DNA of 32,000 nt, taken from NCBI RefSeq assembly GCF_900167395.1, contig NZ_FUWK01000030.1, positions 7,141 through 39,140 on the forward strand, in the 5' to 3' direction. The notes below the pieces were generated by a model that worked only from the letters and a program-made list of their open reading frames with translations, had not been told where the DNA came from and made no database searches. The first letter of the stretch is position 1. Each line of letters opens with the position of its first letter. Shown piece by piece: positions 8,241 through 17,266 of this stretch. Source of the DNA: Nitrosomonas europaea (GTDB lineage Bacteria; Pseudomonadota; Gammaproteobacteria; Burkholderiales; Nitrosomonadaceae). Position numbers and translations under genes: made by a program.

Positions 8241-10499
8241 ATGTTGCAGAACATGACGATCAAATCACGGCTGATTTTTATAGTCGGCCTGCTGTCTTTG
8301 GCACTGATCAGTGTGGGATCCGTCGGGTTGTACGGCCTGTATCAATCCAAGACAAAGCTGGAAACGATTTATCAGGATAGGGTGGTGGTGCTTGGTCATT
8401 TCTCGCAAATACTGGACAGCCTGCTGCAAGTGCGCATGTATGCGTTACTGGTAACCAATTTGCGCGATACCGGCGTTGCCAGGCAGCGTGCCGCGCAGGT
8501 AGTCGACGAGGATGCCAAAATCAACGAATTGTGGCGAAAATTCACCCAGACCTACATGACCCCGGAAGAACAGTCACTGGCCGGACGTTTTACTGAACAA
8601 TGGAAGGTTTACCAGGCAGCGCGCAACCAGACGCTCAATCATGCGATCAATGGCAATTTCGATGCAGCGGTAGAAGTTACCCTGCAGGACGCTGGCCCCA
8701 AATATGAGGCAGTACATGGCTCATTGATGCAACTGATCGGTCTGCAGGAAAGCGTGACGGCACAGGAATATGAACAGTTACAGGCAATGACTTCTATTAT
8801 TTTTGCCACCACGATTACCCTGACCGTGCTGGGAATTCTGCTGGCGGGCGGGGTGGGATTCGTGCTGATCCGTGGCGTCAGCCGTTCGATCAATCAGGCG
8901 ATGGAGGTAGCGGATGGCATTGCCAACGGCCGGCTGGATCAGCGCATCGAAGTGACTGGCCGTGATGAAATTTCCAGGTTGCTGCAATCGATGACGAAGA
9001 TGGTGGAAGTGCTGAACGGTTTCATGTCTGCCCAGCAAAAAATGAGTCAGCAGCATGACGCCGGGGCGATCAGTTACCGTATTCCGGCAAGTCAGTTTCC
9101 CGGCAGTTACGGTGAAATAGCCAATTCGATCAATGAACTGGTGAAAGCGCACATCGCCGTCAAAATGCGGGTGGTTGAAGTCGTTGCACGCTATGCGCAG
9201 GGTGATCTATCAGTGGATATGGACAGGTTACCTGGTGAGAAGGCAAAAGTTACGGAAACGATGGATAAGGTCAAAGCCAGTTTGCAGGCGATCAACGGTG
9301 AAATCAAATACCTGGTGGAAGGGGCGACGGCGGGTGATTTTTCCCGGCGTGGCAAGGCCGATAAATACCAGCATGATTTCCATGCCATGGTTAGCAACCT
9401 CAACCAGTTGATGCAGACTTGCGAAACTAGTCTGGAGGATGTTATCCGTATCATGGATGCGCTGGCGGAGGGTGATCTGACGCAGAAGATCACACGAGAG
9501 TACCAGGGAATGTTTGCCACGATGAAGGATGATGCCAATATCACCGTGGGACAGCTTGCCAGTATCGTCAGACAGATCAAGGATGCAACCGGACTGATTT
9601 CCACCGCATCGAAAGAGATTGCCGACGGTAATTCGGATCTTTCACAACGCACGGAAGAGCAGGCGGCCAATCTGGAAGAAACTGCTGCCAGCATGGAAGA
9701 GCTGACTTCGACGGTGAAACAGAATGCGGACAATGCCCGTCAGGCCAACCAGCTGGCGGCTTCGGCTTCCGATGTGGCCGTGAAAGGCGGCGAGGTCGTC
9801 AGTCAGGTGGTACAGACCATGAGCGCGATCAACGACAGTTCCAAGAAGATCGTCGACATCATCAGTGTGATCGACGGCATTGCCTTCCAGACCAATATTC
9901 TGGCACTGAATGCGGCGGTGGAAGCGGCGCGTGCCGGTGAACAGGGACGCGGGTTTGCCGTGGTGGCAACCGAAGTACGCACGCTGGCACAACGCTCTGC
10001 GGCAGCGGCGCGGGAAATCAAGGAACTGATCAGCAATTCGGTGCACAAGGTGGAAGATGGCACCCAGCTGGTTGATCAGGCCGGCAGGACGATGGAAGAA
10101 GTGGTGCTATCAGTCAAGCGCGTGACGGACATCATGGGCGAGATTTCGGCTGCTTCGCAGGAACAGAGTCTGGGAATCGAACAGGTCAATCAGGCCATTT
10201 CACAAATGGACGAGATCACGCAACAGAATGCGGCGCTGGTGGAAGAAGCGGCTGCGGCTTCCGAATCCATGCGCGAACAGGCGGATCAACTATCCCGTGC
10301 AGTGGCAGCATTCAAGCTCGAGCACGGAATGGCTGCAGCTCATACGGACAGCCAGCCATTCGTCGAGCGGCGCGGCCCCAACCGGGCAACCAACGTCGAA
10401 CGCCTGCCGCAACAAGTAAAAGGCCACAGGAAAACTGCTTCCCCGGGTGCATCCTCCTCCATTCCAACCGGTACGGATGGTGACTGGGAAGAGTTCTGA
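8241..10499 (+). CDS. Methyl-accepting chemotaxis protein with a Tar-like four-helix-bundle periplasmic sensor, multiple HAMP-like segments and a C-terminal xWxxF pentapeptide (DWEEF)
   Basis: I prefer the ATG at 8241 (GGGAG at 8231-8235) over the track start at 8193. TM1 is [20 protein letters not shown], followed by a ~170-aa periplasmic region and TM2 [30 protein letters not shown] domain and extra HAMP-like repeats follow. The MA hairpin core is [40 protein letters not shown]. Methylation-type motifs include [17 protein letters not shown]. Confidence 0.9.
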   Translation: MLQNMTIKSRLIFIVGLLSLALISVGSVGLYGLYQSKTKLETIYQDRVVVLGHFSQILDSLLQVRMYALLVTNLRDTGVARQRAAQVVDEDAKINELWRKFTQTYMTPEEQSLAGRFTEQWKVYQAARNQTLNHAINGNFDAAVEVTLQDAGPKYEAVHGSLMQLIGLQESVTAQEYEQLQAMTSIIFATTITLTVLGILLAGGVGFVLIRGVSRSINQAMEVADGIANGRLDQRIEVTGRDEISRLLQSMTKMVEVLNGFMSAQQKMSQQHDAGAISYRIPASQFPGSYGEIANSINELVKAHIAVKMRVVEVVARYAQGDLSVDMDRLPGEKAKVTETMDKVKASLQAINGEIKYLVEGATAGDFSRRGKADKYQHDFHAMVSNLNQLMQTCETSLEDVIRIMDALAEGDLTQKITREYQGMFATMKDDANITVGQLASIVRQIKDATGLISTASKEIADGNSDLSQRTEEQAANLEETAASMEELTSTVKQNADNARQANQLAASASDVAVKGGEVVSQVVQTMSAINDSSKKIVDIISVIDGIAFQTNILALNAAVEAARAGEQGRGFAVVATEVRTLAQRSAAAAREIKELISNSVHKVEDGTQLVDQAGRTMEEVVLSVKRVTDIMGEISAASQEQSLGIEQVNQAISQMDEITQQNAALVEEAAAASESMREQADQLSRAVAAFKLEHGMAAAHTDSQPFVERRGPNRATNVERLPQQVKGHRKTASPGASSSIPTGTDGDWEEF
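9545..10416 (+). repeat. Direct repeat copy 1 (~870 bp), the signalling and adaptation half of the first MCP
   Basis: It aligns without gaps to 12101-12972 at a constant offset of 2556 nt. My hand comparison of 420 nt (9601-10020 against 12157-12576) gave 31 mismatches, about 93% identity. There are perfect runs of 50 nt (9741-9790) and 47 nt (9792-9838). Confidence 0.9.
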
Positions 10500-10721
10500 A
10501 ACAGAATAAAACATTCGTCACTACAAAATAATTTGAGCATGAAGCAGTCCGGTAGCAGCAGCACTGGATTGCCACGTGACTACATGACTTGCAAAGACAA
10601 AATTTTGAATTGTACAGCCTGCAATATTTTTTATATGAAGGAGGAGAACGCCAATCAATCCGGCTGATGCCGATAAAACAGTATTTCTGTCAATAACGTA
10701 ACTTACCAAGAAAGCGAGATC

Positions 10722-13052
10722 ATGCGAGTCAATATGCCAGTTACCAATGTGGAACGGGAAATGCGGGATGGAGAGTTTCTCGTTTCCAAAACCACGGCCA
10801 AGGGGGTCATTACTTATATCAATGAGCCCTTCATCCGAATGAGCGGCTTTACAGAGCAGGAATTGGTCGGACAGGCGCATAACATCATCCGCCATCCGGA
10901 TATGCCGCCGGAAGCCTTTGCAGATTTCTGGAATACGCTCAAACGGGGCAGGCCGTGGAGCGGTATGGTCAAAAATCGTTCCAAGGATGGCAGCTGTTAC
11001 TGGGTATATGCCAATGTGACACCCATCAGGGAACATGGCAAGGTGACCGGACACATGTCTGTGCGCAGCAAACCAACGCGTGATCAGATTCAGGCAGCCG
11101 AGACGCTCTATCGCCAGATGCGTGAGGGTACGGCAAAGGTGCAGATCGTTGCCGGAGAGATAGTTGCAAATAGCTGGCTGGGGTCATTGCGCGAGAAATT
11201 CCGCCATCTCAGCCTGAAAACCCGGATCACCGGGTTTGGTGCGGTACCTTTGCTGGTCATGGCGGGTTCTGCCTGGCTGATGATGCAGGGCCAGCTGAAT
11301 CTGGCGTTTGCCGGGATGGGGTTGAGTGTCTGTCTGGCAGGTGGAATGGGTGTGCTGCTGTATCGCTGTATTCGCCAGCCGGTGGATACCATGATTCATC
11401 ACCTGGATAAAATGGCGCAGGGTGATTACACCAGCCAGATCCTCCTCGAGCGTAATGATGAAATCGGGCGGCTGACCGAAGCACTCAAATCCATGCAGAT
11501 TCGTGCGGGAATCGATTTCACCGAAACCAAGCGGATGAACATCGAGAATCTGCGGGTACGTAATGCGCTGGATATCGCAACTTCTGCGGTCATGATTGCT
11601 GATAACACCGGAACGATCATTTTCATGAACCGGATGGTGCAGGAAATTCTGGTCAATGAAGCCAATGAAGTGGATGTATGCGAATCATTGCAAAGTCGAT
11701 TGAGAGATCTGGCCGGGCAGCAACAGATCGATAACGTCAGAATCGGAGAGCGGACGTATTCACTGCTGTTGATGCCGGTTACCAGCGAATCGGGTGAACG
11801 GGCAGGTGCTGTGGTTGAATGGCGTGACCGTACTCAGGAGCTGACAGTCGAAAAGGAAGTCATGGAAATCGTTCAGGCGGGTGTGGCGGGTGACTTCAGC
11901 AAGCGTTTGGTGTTGGCTGGTAAGGAAGGTTTTTTTCGGCAACTGGCAGAAGGAATCAATCGGCTGATGGAGAGCACTTCACAAGGGTTAGATGAGATGG
12001 CTACCATGCTGGAGGCTCTGGCACAGGGTAACCTGACCATGCACATTACCCATGACTATCAAGGTATGTTGGGCAAGTTGAAAGATGATTCGAATTCGAC
12101 CGTGGATCAACTTGCCAGCATTGTCAGACAGATCAAGGATGCAGCCGGACTGATCACCACAGCTTCGAAAGAGATTGCCGATGGGAATACCGATCTTTCA
12201 CAACGTACCGAACAGCAGGCAGCCAACCTGGAGAAGACCGCTGCCAGCATGGAGGAACTGACTTCGACGGTAAAACAGAACGCGGACAATGCTCGCCAGG
12301 CCAACCAGCTGGCGGCTTCGGCTTCCGATGTGGCCGTGAAAGGCGGTGAGGTCGTCAGTCAGGTGGTACAGACCATGAGCGCGATCAACGACAGCTCGAA
12401 GAAGATTGTCGACATCATCAGCGTGATCGACGGCATTGCCTTCCAGACCAATATTCTGGCACTGAATGCGGCGGTGGAAGCAGCGCGTGCCGGTGAACAG
12501 GGACGCGGGTTTGCCGTAGTGGCGACTGAAGTACGCACCCTGGCACAACGTTCTGCGGCAGCGGCGCGGGAAATCAAGGGACTGATCAGCAATTCGGTGC
12601 ACAAGGTGGAAGACGGCACCCAGCTGGTGGATCAGGCTGGCAGGACGATGGAAGAAGTGGTGCTGTCAGTCAAGCGTGTGACCGACATCATGGGCGAGAT
12701 TTCGGCTGCTTCCCATGAGCAGAGCTTGGGGATCGAACAGGTCAATCAGGCCATTTCACAAATGGATGAGATCACGCAACAGAATGCGGCGCTGGTGGAA
12801 GAGGCGGCAGCTGCATCCGAATCCATGCGCGAACAGGCAGAACAACTGTCGCGTGCAGTAGCGGCGTTCAAGCTGGAGCATGGAATGGCTGCAGCTCATA
12901 CGGACAACCCGCCATCCGTCGAACGGCGCAGCCCTAACCGGGCAACCAACGTCGAGCGCTTGCCACAAACCCGAAACCGGAAGAAAGCAGCTACCAGAAG
13001 CTCTGTTGCATCGGTTTCCGCCGGCACCGAAGGGGGATGGGAAGAATTTTGA
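10722..13052 (+). CDS. Aer-type PAS (FAD-binding-like) methyl-accepting chemotaxis protein. Architecture: N-terminal cytoplasmic PAS, TM hairpin, HAMP, second PAS-like segment, HAMP-like segment, MA domain, C-terminal GWEEF.
   Basis: The N-terminus ([83 protein letters not shown]) closely parallels the remembered E. coli Aer PAS (HNMVRHPDMPKAAFADMWFTLKKGEPWSGIVKNRRKNGDHYWV). Two hydrophobic helices follow ([20 protein letters not shown] and [21 protein letters not shown]). The MA domain is nearly identical to that of the upstream MCP. Confidence 0.9.
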   Translation: MRVNMPVTNVEREMRDGEFLVSKTTAKGVITYINEPFIRMSGFTEQELVGQAHNIIRHPDMPPEAFADFWNTLKRGRPWSGMVKNRSKDGSCYWVYANVTPIREHGKVTGHMSVRSKPTRDQIQAAETLYRQMREGTAKVQIVAGEIVANSWLGSLREKFRHLSLKTRITGFGAVPLLVMAGSAWLMMQGQLNLAFAGMGLSVCLAGGMGVLLYRCIRQPVDTMIHHLDKMAQGDYTSQILLERNDEIGRLTEALKSMQIRAGIDFTETKRMNIENLRVRNALDIATSAVMIADNTGTIIFMNRMVQEILVNEANEVDVCESLQSRLRDLAGQQQIDNVRIGERTYSLLLMPVTSESGERAGAVVEWRDRTQELTVEKEVMEIVQAGVAGDFSKRLVLAGKEGFFRQLAEGINRLMESTSQGLDEMATMLEALAQGNLTMHITHDYQGMLGKLKDDSNSTVDQLASIVRQIKDAAGLITTASKEIADGNTDLSQRTEQQAANLEKTAASMEELTSTVKQNADNARQANQLAASASDVAVKGGEVVSQVVQTMSAINDSSKKIVDIISVIDGIAFQTNILALNAAVEAARAGEQGRGFAVVATEVRTLAQRSAAAAREIKGLISNSVHKVEDGTQLVDQAGRTMEEVVLSVKRVTDIMGEISAASHEQSLGIEQVNQAISQMDEITQQNAALVEEAAAASESMREQAEQLSRAVAAFKLEHGMAAAHTDNPPSVERRSPNRATNVERLPQTRNRKKAATRSSVASVSAGTEGGWEEF
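12101..12972 (+). repeat. Direct repeat copy 2 (~870 bp), the signalling and adaptation half of the Aer-type MCP
   Basis: See copy 1. Identity is only about 65% by eye in the ~80 nt upstream of the boundary (near 9550 and 12106), then rises to about 85-98% per 60-nt block downstream of it. Confidence 0.9.
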
Positions 13053-13258
13053 AACCGGATCTTGTGATGACACCGATCGATGAAAATATTCGTCTTGGCT
13101 CAATCCTGGCCGTTTTTGCGAGTGCCATCGGCGTGAAGCAATCCGGTAGCGGCGGTAATAGAGACATTGAATCGTTATTCACCACGCTTTATTTGCGGCT
13201 AAACGGCACTTGCGGTCTTGCGAAGACAAAATTCGGGGCTGATGACGGGAGGAAAGAC

Positions 13259-13405
13259 ATGCAATACACGATGACGGAATCCGGGGTCGTACAACCTGAA
13301 GTGGCAGAGGTGCGCGAAGTAAGGTGGGGGGGGGATTCCCTGCCTGTCATCATTACGGTGATGACAGGTAGCAGGTTCTGTTCACCTGACGGTCATCTGC
13401 CATGA
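13259..13405 (+). CDS. Candidate 48-codon upstream ORF translationally coupled to cheR. I recognise no homologue.
   Basis: GGGAGG at 13247-13252, a 6-nt spacer, then ATG at 13259. The peptide is MQYTMTESGVVQPEVAEVREVRWGGDSLPVIITVMTGSRFCSPDGHLP. Its TGA stop (13403-13405) overlaps the cheR ATG (13402-13404). This is the 3' part of track ORF 13037..13405. Coding status is unproven. Confidence 0.35.
   Translation: MQYTMTESGVVQPEVAEVREVRWGGDSLPVIITVMTGSRFCSPDGHLP
13326..13334 (+). repeat. Homopolymeric G9 tract
   Basis: Read directly from the sequence: aaggt-ggggggggg-attccc. It lies inside the candidate upstream ORF, across codons TGG GGG GGG GAT. Confidence 0.95.
13340..13371 (+). promoter_or_regulatory. 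Stable hairpin 31-62 nt upstream of the cheR start codon
   Basis: CCTGTCATCA (13343-13352) and TGATGACAGG (13359-13368) form 10 perfect bp around the 6-nt loop TTACGG. The stem extends outward by G:U, U-A and C-G pairs to 13 bp. No U-tract follows, so it is not a canonical terminator. Confidence 0.5.
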
Positions 13406-14250
13406 ATGCACGTGCTTCGGGTGAACACAATACACGTGAGTACGCGTTTTCCTCACATGACTTCGAATGTGTGAAAAAGCTGATTTATGCGCGCGCCGGC
13501 ATCGCACTGGCCGAGAATCGTCAGGAGATGGTGTATACCCGTCTTTCGAAACGTCTGCGCGCAACCGGGACGAACAATTTCAACGACTATTTGCAGCGCC
13601 TGGAAAGAGATAGCGAGGATGTAGAGTGGGAGTCATTCACCAATGCGCTGACCACCAATCTGACATCGTTCTTCCGGGAAGCTCACCATTTTCCAATGCT
13701 GGCCGAGCATGTGAAGAAACGTCAGCCTGGCCACACGGTGAAACTCTGGTGCAGCGCGGCTTCTACCGGGGAAGAACCTTATTCGATGGCCATGACCATG
13801 GTGGAAACCTTTAATTCAATGAAACCCCCTGTCCGTATCCTTGCCACCGACATTGATACCGAAGTGCTGGCAGCAGCGCGTGAGGGCGTTTATCCCCTCG
13901 ACAGGCTGGAATCCATGTCCTCTGAGAGAATCAGAAGATTTTTTCTCAAAGGGAAAAGCAGTACCTCAGGCTATGCCCGGGTGCGACAGGAATTGCGTGA
14001 CTTGGTTACATTCAGGCCATTTAATCTGCTGGATCCCAAGTGGCCGATGCGCGGACCTCTTGATGCGATTTTCTGCCGTAATGTCATGATTTATTTTGAT
14101 AAGCCGACGCAGTATCGGATTTTGCAGAAATTTGTACCGTTGCTTGATCGTGACGGACTGCTGTTCATGGGCCACTCGGAAGTGTTCCAGCATGCTTCCG
14201 ACCTGATCAGGCTCATTGATCGCACTGTTTATAAGCCAGTTAAGAAATAG
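13402..14250 (+). CDS. cheR: Chemotaxis protein methyltransferase CheR
   Basis: 282 aa. ALTTNLTSFFREAHHFPMLAEH and WCSAASTGEEPYSMAM (SAM-binding) match remembered E. coli CheR. An in-frame TGA at 13387-13389 makes 13402 the only available canonical start. No purine-rich SD lies within ~15 nt upstream. Confidence 0.95.
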   Translation: MNARASGEHNTREYAFSSHDFECVKKLIYARAGIALAENRQEMVYTRLSKRLRATGTNNFNDYLQRLERDSEDVEWESFTNALTTNLTSFFREAHHFPMLAEHVKKRQPGHTVKLWCSAASTGEEPYSMAMTMVETFNSMKPPVRILATDIDTEVLAAAREGVYPLDRLESMSSERIRRFFLKGKSSTSGYARVRQELRDLVTFRPFNLLDPKWPMRGPLDAIFCRNVMIYFDKPTQYRILQKFVPLLDRDGLLFMGHSEVFQHASDLIRLIDRTVYKPVKK

Positions 14251-14313
14251 GCAGCAGAATCAGGGCTATGCCAATCTCTGTACCAAAAACAGATTTGATA
14301 AATTATCGGGTAG

Positions 14314-14931
<618 letters not shown>

Positions 14932-14941
14932 GGAGGAGCTC

Positions 14942-16018
14942 ATGAAAAAGATCAGTGTACTTATCATTGATGATTCAGCCCTGATTCGCAAATTACTGAC
15001 CGAGATCATCAATGCCCGGCCGGATATGGAGGTGATTGGTGCGGCCCCGGATCCGATAGTGGCGCGTGAAATGATCCGGACATTGAATCCGGATGTACTG
15101 ACGCTGGATGTGGAAATGCCAAAGATGGATGGCCTGGAATTTCTGGAGAAACTGATGCGATTGCGGCCCATGCCGGTGGTGATGGTATCGACACTGACTG
15201 AGCGGGGATCAGAAGTAACCTTTCGGGCGCTGGAACTGGGGGCCGTTGATTTTGTTGCCAAACCAAAGATGGATATCCGCAATAGCCTCGAAGCCTACAC
15301 AGATGAAATTACAGGAAAAATTCGTACTGCCAGCACGGCACGTATCCATCGTCTGGAACCCGTTGCCAGCAATGGTGCTGCAAGTGGAAGTATTGTACAG
15401 ATGCCGCGGCATCACGGTATTTCTACCGAAAAGCTGATCATCATTGGGGCATCTACTGGCGGTACCGAGGCCATCAAAGATGTGCTGATTCATTTGCCGC
15501 CGGATTGTCCGGGTATACTGATTACTCAGCATATGCCGGAAGGGTTTACCCGTTCCTTTGCCGAGCGGCTCGACCGGTTATGCAAAATCCGGGTCAAGGA
15601 GGCCGAAGGAGGCGAGCGGGTGCTGCCGGGTCATGCATATCTCGCACCGGGTCATTCCCATCTCCTGCTGAAGAAAAGCGGTGCTAACTATGTGACCGAA
15701 TTGAGTCAAACAGATCCGGTCAACCGCCACCGCCCATCAGTGGATGTACTGTTTCAGTCTGCGGCCCATTGCGCCGGGAAAAATGCTGTCGGCGTGATTC
15801 TGACGGGGATGGGCAAGGATGGTGCCGCGGGAATGCTCGATATGCATCATGCAGGTGCCTATAATCTGGCGCAGGATGAAACCAGTTGCGTGGTGTTTGG
15901 TATGCCCAAAGAAGCTATTACCCTTGGCGCTGTCGATGAAATCGTCCCGTTGCAGGATATGGCCAGACGAATATTGGCGAGACTGGTCGGCGCAGGTAAA
16001 CAGGCTGTCCGTGTATGA
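14942..16018 (+). CDS. cheB: Chemotaxis response regulator protein-glutamate methylesterase CheB
   Basis: I prefer the ATG at 14942, which follows GAGGAGG, over the track GTG at 14921. The REC domain shows [11 protein letters not shown] and [14 protein letters not shown]. The methylesterase domain shows [14 protein letters not shown] and GMGKDGA. Confidence 0.95.
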   Translation: MKKISVLIIDDSALIRKLLTEIINARPDMEVIGAAPDPIVAREMIRTLNPDVLTLDVEMPKMDGLEFLEKLMRLRPMPVVMVSTLTERGSEVTFRALELGAVDFVAKPKMDIRNSLEAYTDEITGKIRTASTARIHRLEPVASNGAASGSIVQMPRHHGISTEKLIIIGASTGGTEAIKDVLIHLPPDCPGILITQHMPEGFTRSFAERLDRLCKIRVKEAEGGERVLPGHAYLAPGHSHLLLKKSGANYVTELSQTDPVNRHRPSVDVLFQSAAHCAGKNAVGVILTGMGKDGAAGMLDMHHAGAYNLAQDETSCVVFGMPKEAITLGAVDEIVPLQDMARRILARLVGAGKQAVRV

Positions 16019-16313
16019 GATTGCCCTGTTATCACCTGCTTTCTGCCCATTTCCAAGATAGTTCTTATTTCATCAAGGAGCGGTGCGGGGTAAGGAATTA
16101 CCTCGTGAGGTCGTGATACTCTCTCTTTAACCGCAAATGGAGTGTGGCAAGTAGCGGTGATCTGGTACCTTCGTAATTGATGGGTTGGATTGTTTCATAC
16201 CTGTCGGCATTTACAAAGAGACTGAAAATCAGGATCCGGATTTTTCAGCGTATCAACTTTACCAGAATGAAGTACCGTGTTCCCAATCTTGGAGATGGTA
16301 TCCTTCAGTGGCG

Positions 16314-17138
16314 TCAGTAGCGGGCGTGCACCAATGTCCTGGCATCATTCGGCGTGATGCGCAGCAGTTCACCGATTTCAGCATAATCATCCGGCAGGGC
16401 AGCATCATCCCAGCCATGGGCGCTATGTCGTGCAAGGTTGACCGCCAGTACGACATTACGAACTCGTGGATGGGCGATATGCTTTTTGTCCATCAGCATG
16501 ATCAGCAGTTCTGGCAGTGCCCAGGCTTCTATCAGCGTAGCTTGCAGATCGTATACCGTGAAGCCCAATATCGTTTTTTGAACGGTGGCGCTGCGCAGTG
16601 TGCTGTCCTGTCGTTGCAGGGCATCGATTTCGAGCATTTTGTCAGGAACGAAGCAGCGCAGCAGCATTTCAGTGATGTCGTGCAACAGTGCGGCGATACG
16701 AATTTCCTCGAAATGAGTGTCGTACAGGCGTATGGCCCATTCAAGTGCATAGTTGGAGGCAATATGCGCACGGTGTATCCGTTGCAGCAGGTTGACCAGT
16801 GCAGCGGGGCGCTGTTGCAGTAAATGTTGCACGAGAGGTTCAGCGACAACCTGATCAAGTGCGTTTTCCACACCCAGCATGATCAGTGCCTGTTCGACCT
16901 GCACGATTTCCTGCTGCTGCCGCTTATGCTTGTGTTGTTGCAGATGGCGCAACAGCTTTACGGTCATGAGCGGGTCATGCCTGATGATGCGAGCGACGTT
17001 ACGTGCACTGGGATTGGGCTCCTGTTCTCTCAATGCTGCCAGATCGTTGGCAGTTTTACGCAATACGGGAATTTCCACTTCACTGAGAAATTGAGTCCAT
17101 TCAGTCAGTTTGCGAAAATTCTCCGGCTGTATCGTCAT
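16314..17138 (-). CDS. HDOD domain protein (stand-alone)
   Basis: 274 aa. HDOD-type features: N-terminal IPVLRKTANDLAAL...IRHDPLMTVKLLR, ALIMLGVENA and IAALLHDITEMLL. There is no output domain. It is tail-to-tail with cheB. Confidence 0.75.
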   Translation of the reverse strand: MTIQPENFRKLTEWTQFLSEVEIPVLRKTANDLAALREQEPNPSARNVARIIRHDPLMTVKLLRHLQQHKHKRQQQEIVQVEQALIMLGVENALDQVVAEPLVQHLLQQRPAALVNLLQRIHRAHIASNYALEWAIRLYDTHFEEIRIAALLHDITEMLLRCFVPDKMLEIDALQRQDSTLRSATVQKTILGFTVYDLQATLIEAWALPELLIMLMDKKHIAHPRVRNVVLAVNLARHSAHGWDDAALPDDYAEIGELLRITPNDARTLVHARY

Positions 17139-17266
17139 CTTTTGTATCCGTCCTGATTGATTGCGGGTTCTGATCTGCTCCAGAGCCGATGCTCCGGAGG
17201 GGGTATTGAAGTTTCTTCGGCAAACGGATGGAATAGTTTAGGGAAGTCGTAGTTGGACGTACCCAA

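Noticed and set aside
10521-11054. 177-aa minus-strand ORF across the mcp spacer and the Aer-type PAS region
   Set aside because: It is antisense to a strongly supported PAS coding sequence. It has no SD and no recognisable motifs, and is a typical shadow ORF.
13037-13258. The upstream two-thirds of the 122-aa track ORF 13037..13405, which overlaps the end of the Aer-type MCP
   Set aside because: The ATG at 13037 has a purine run directly abutting it with no spacer. The ATG at 13067 has no SD. The sequence has no recognisable features. Only the distal 48 codons have a proper SD, so I kept those as a low-confidence candidate.
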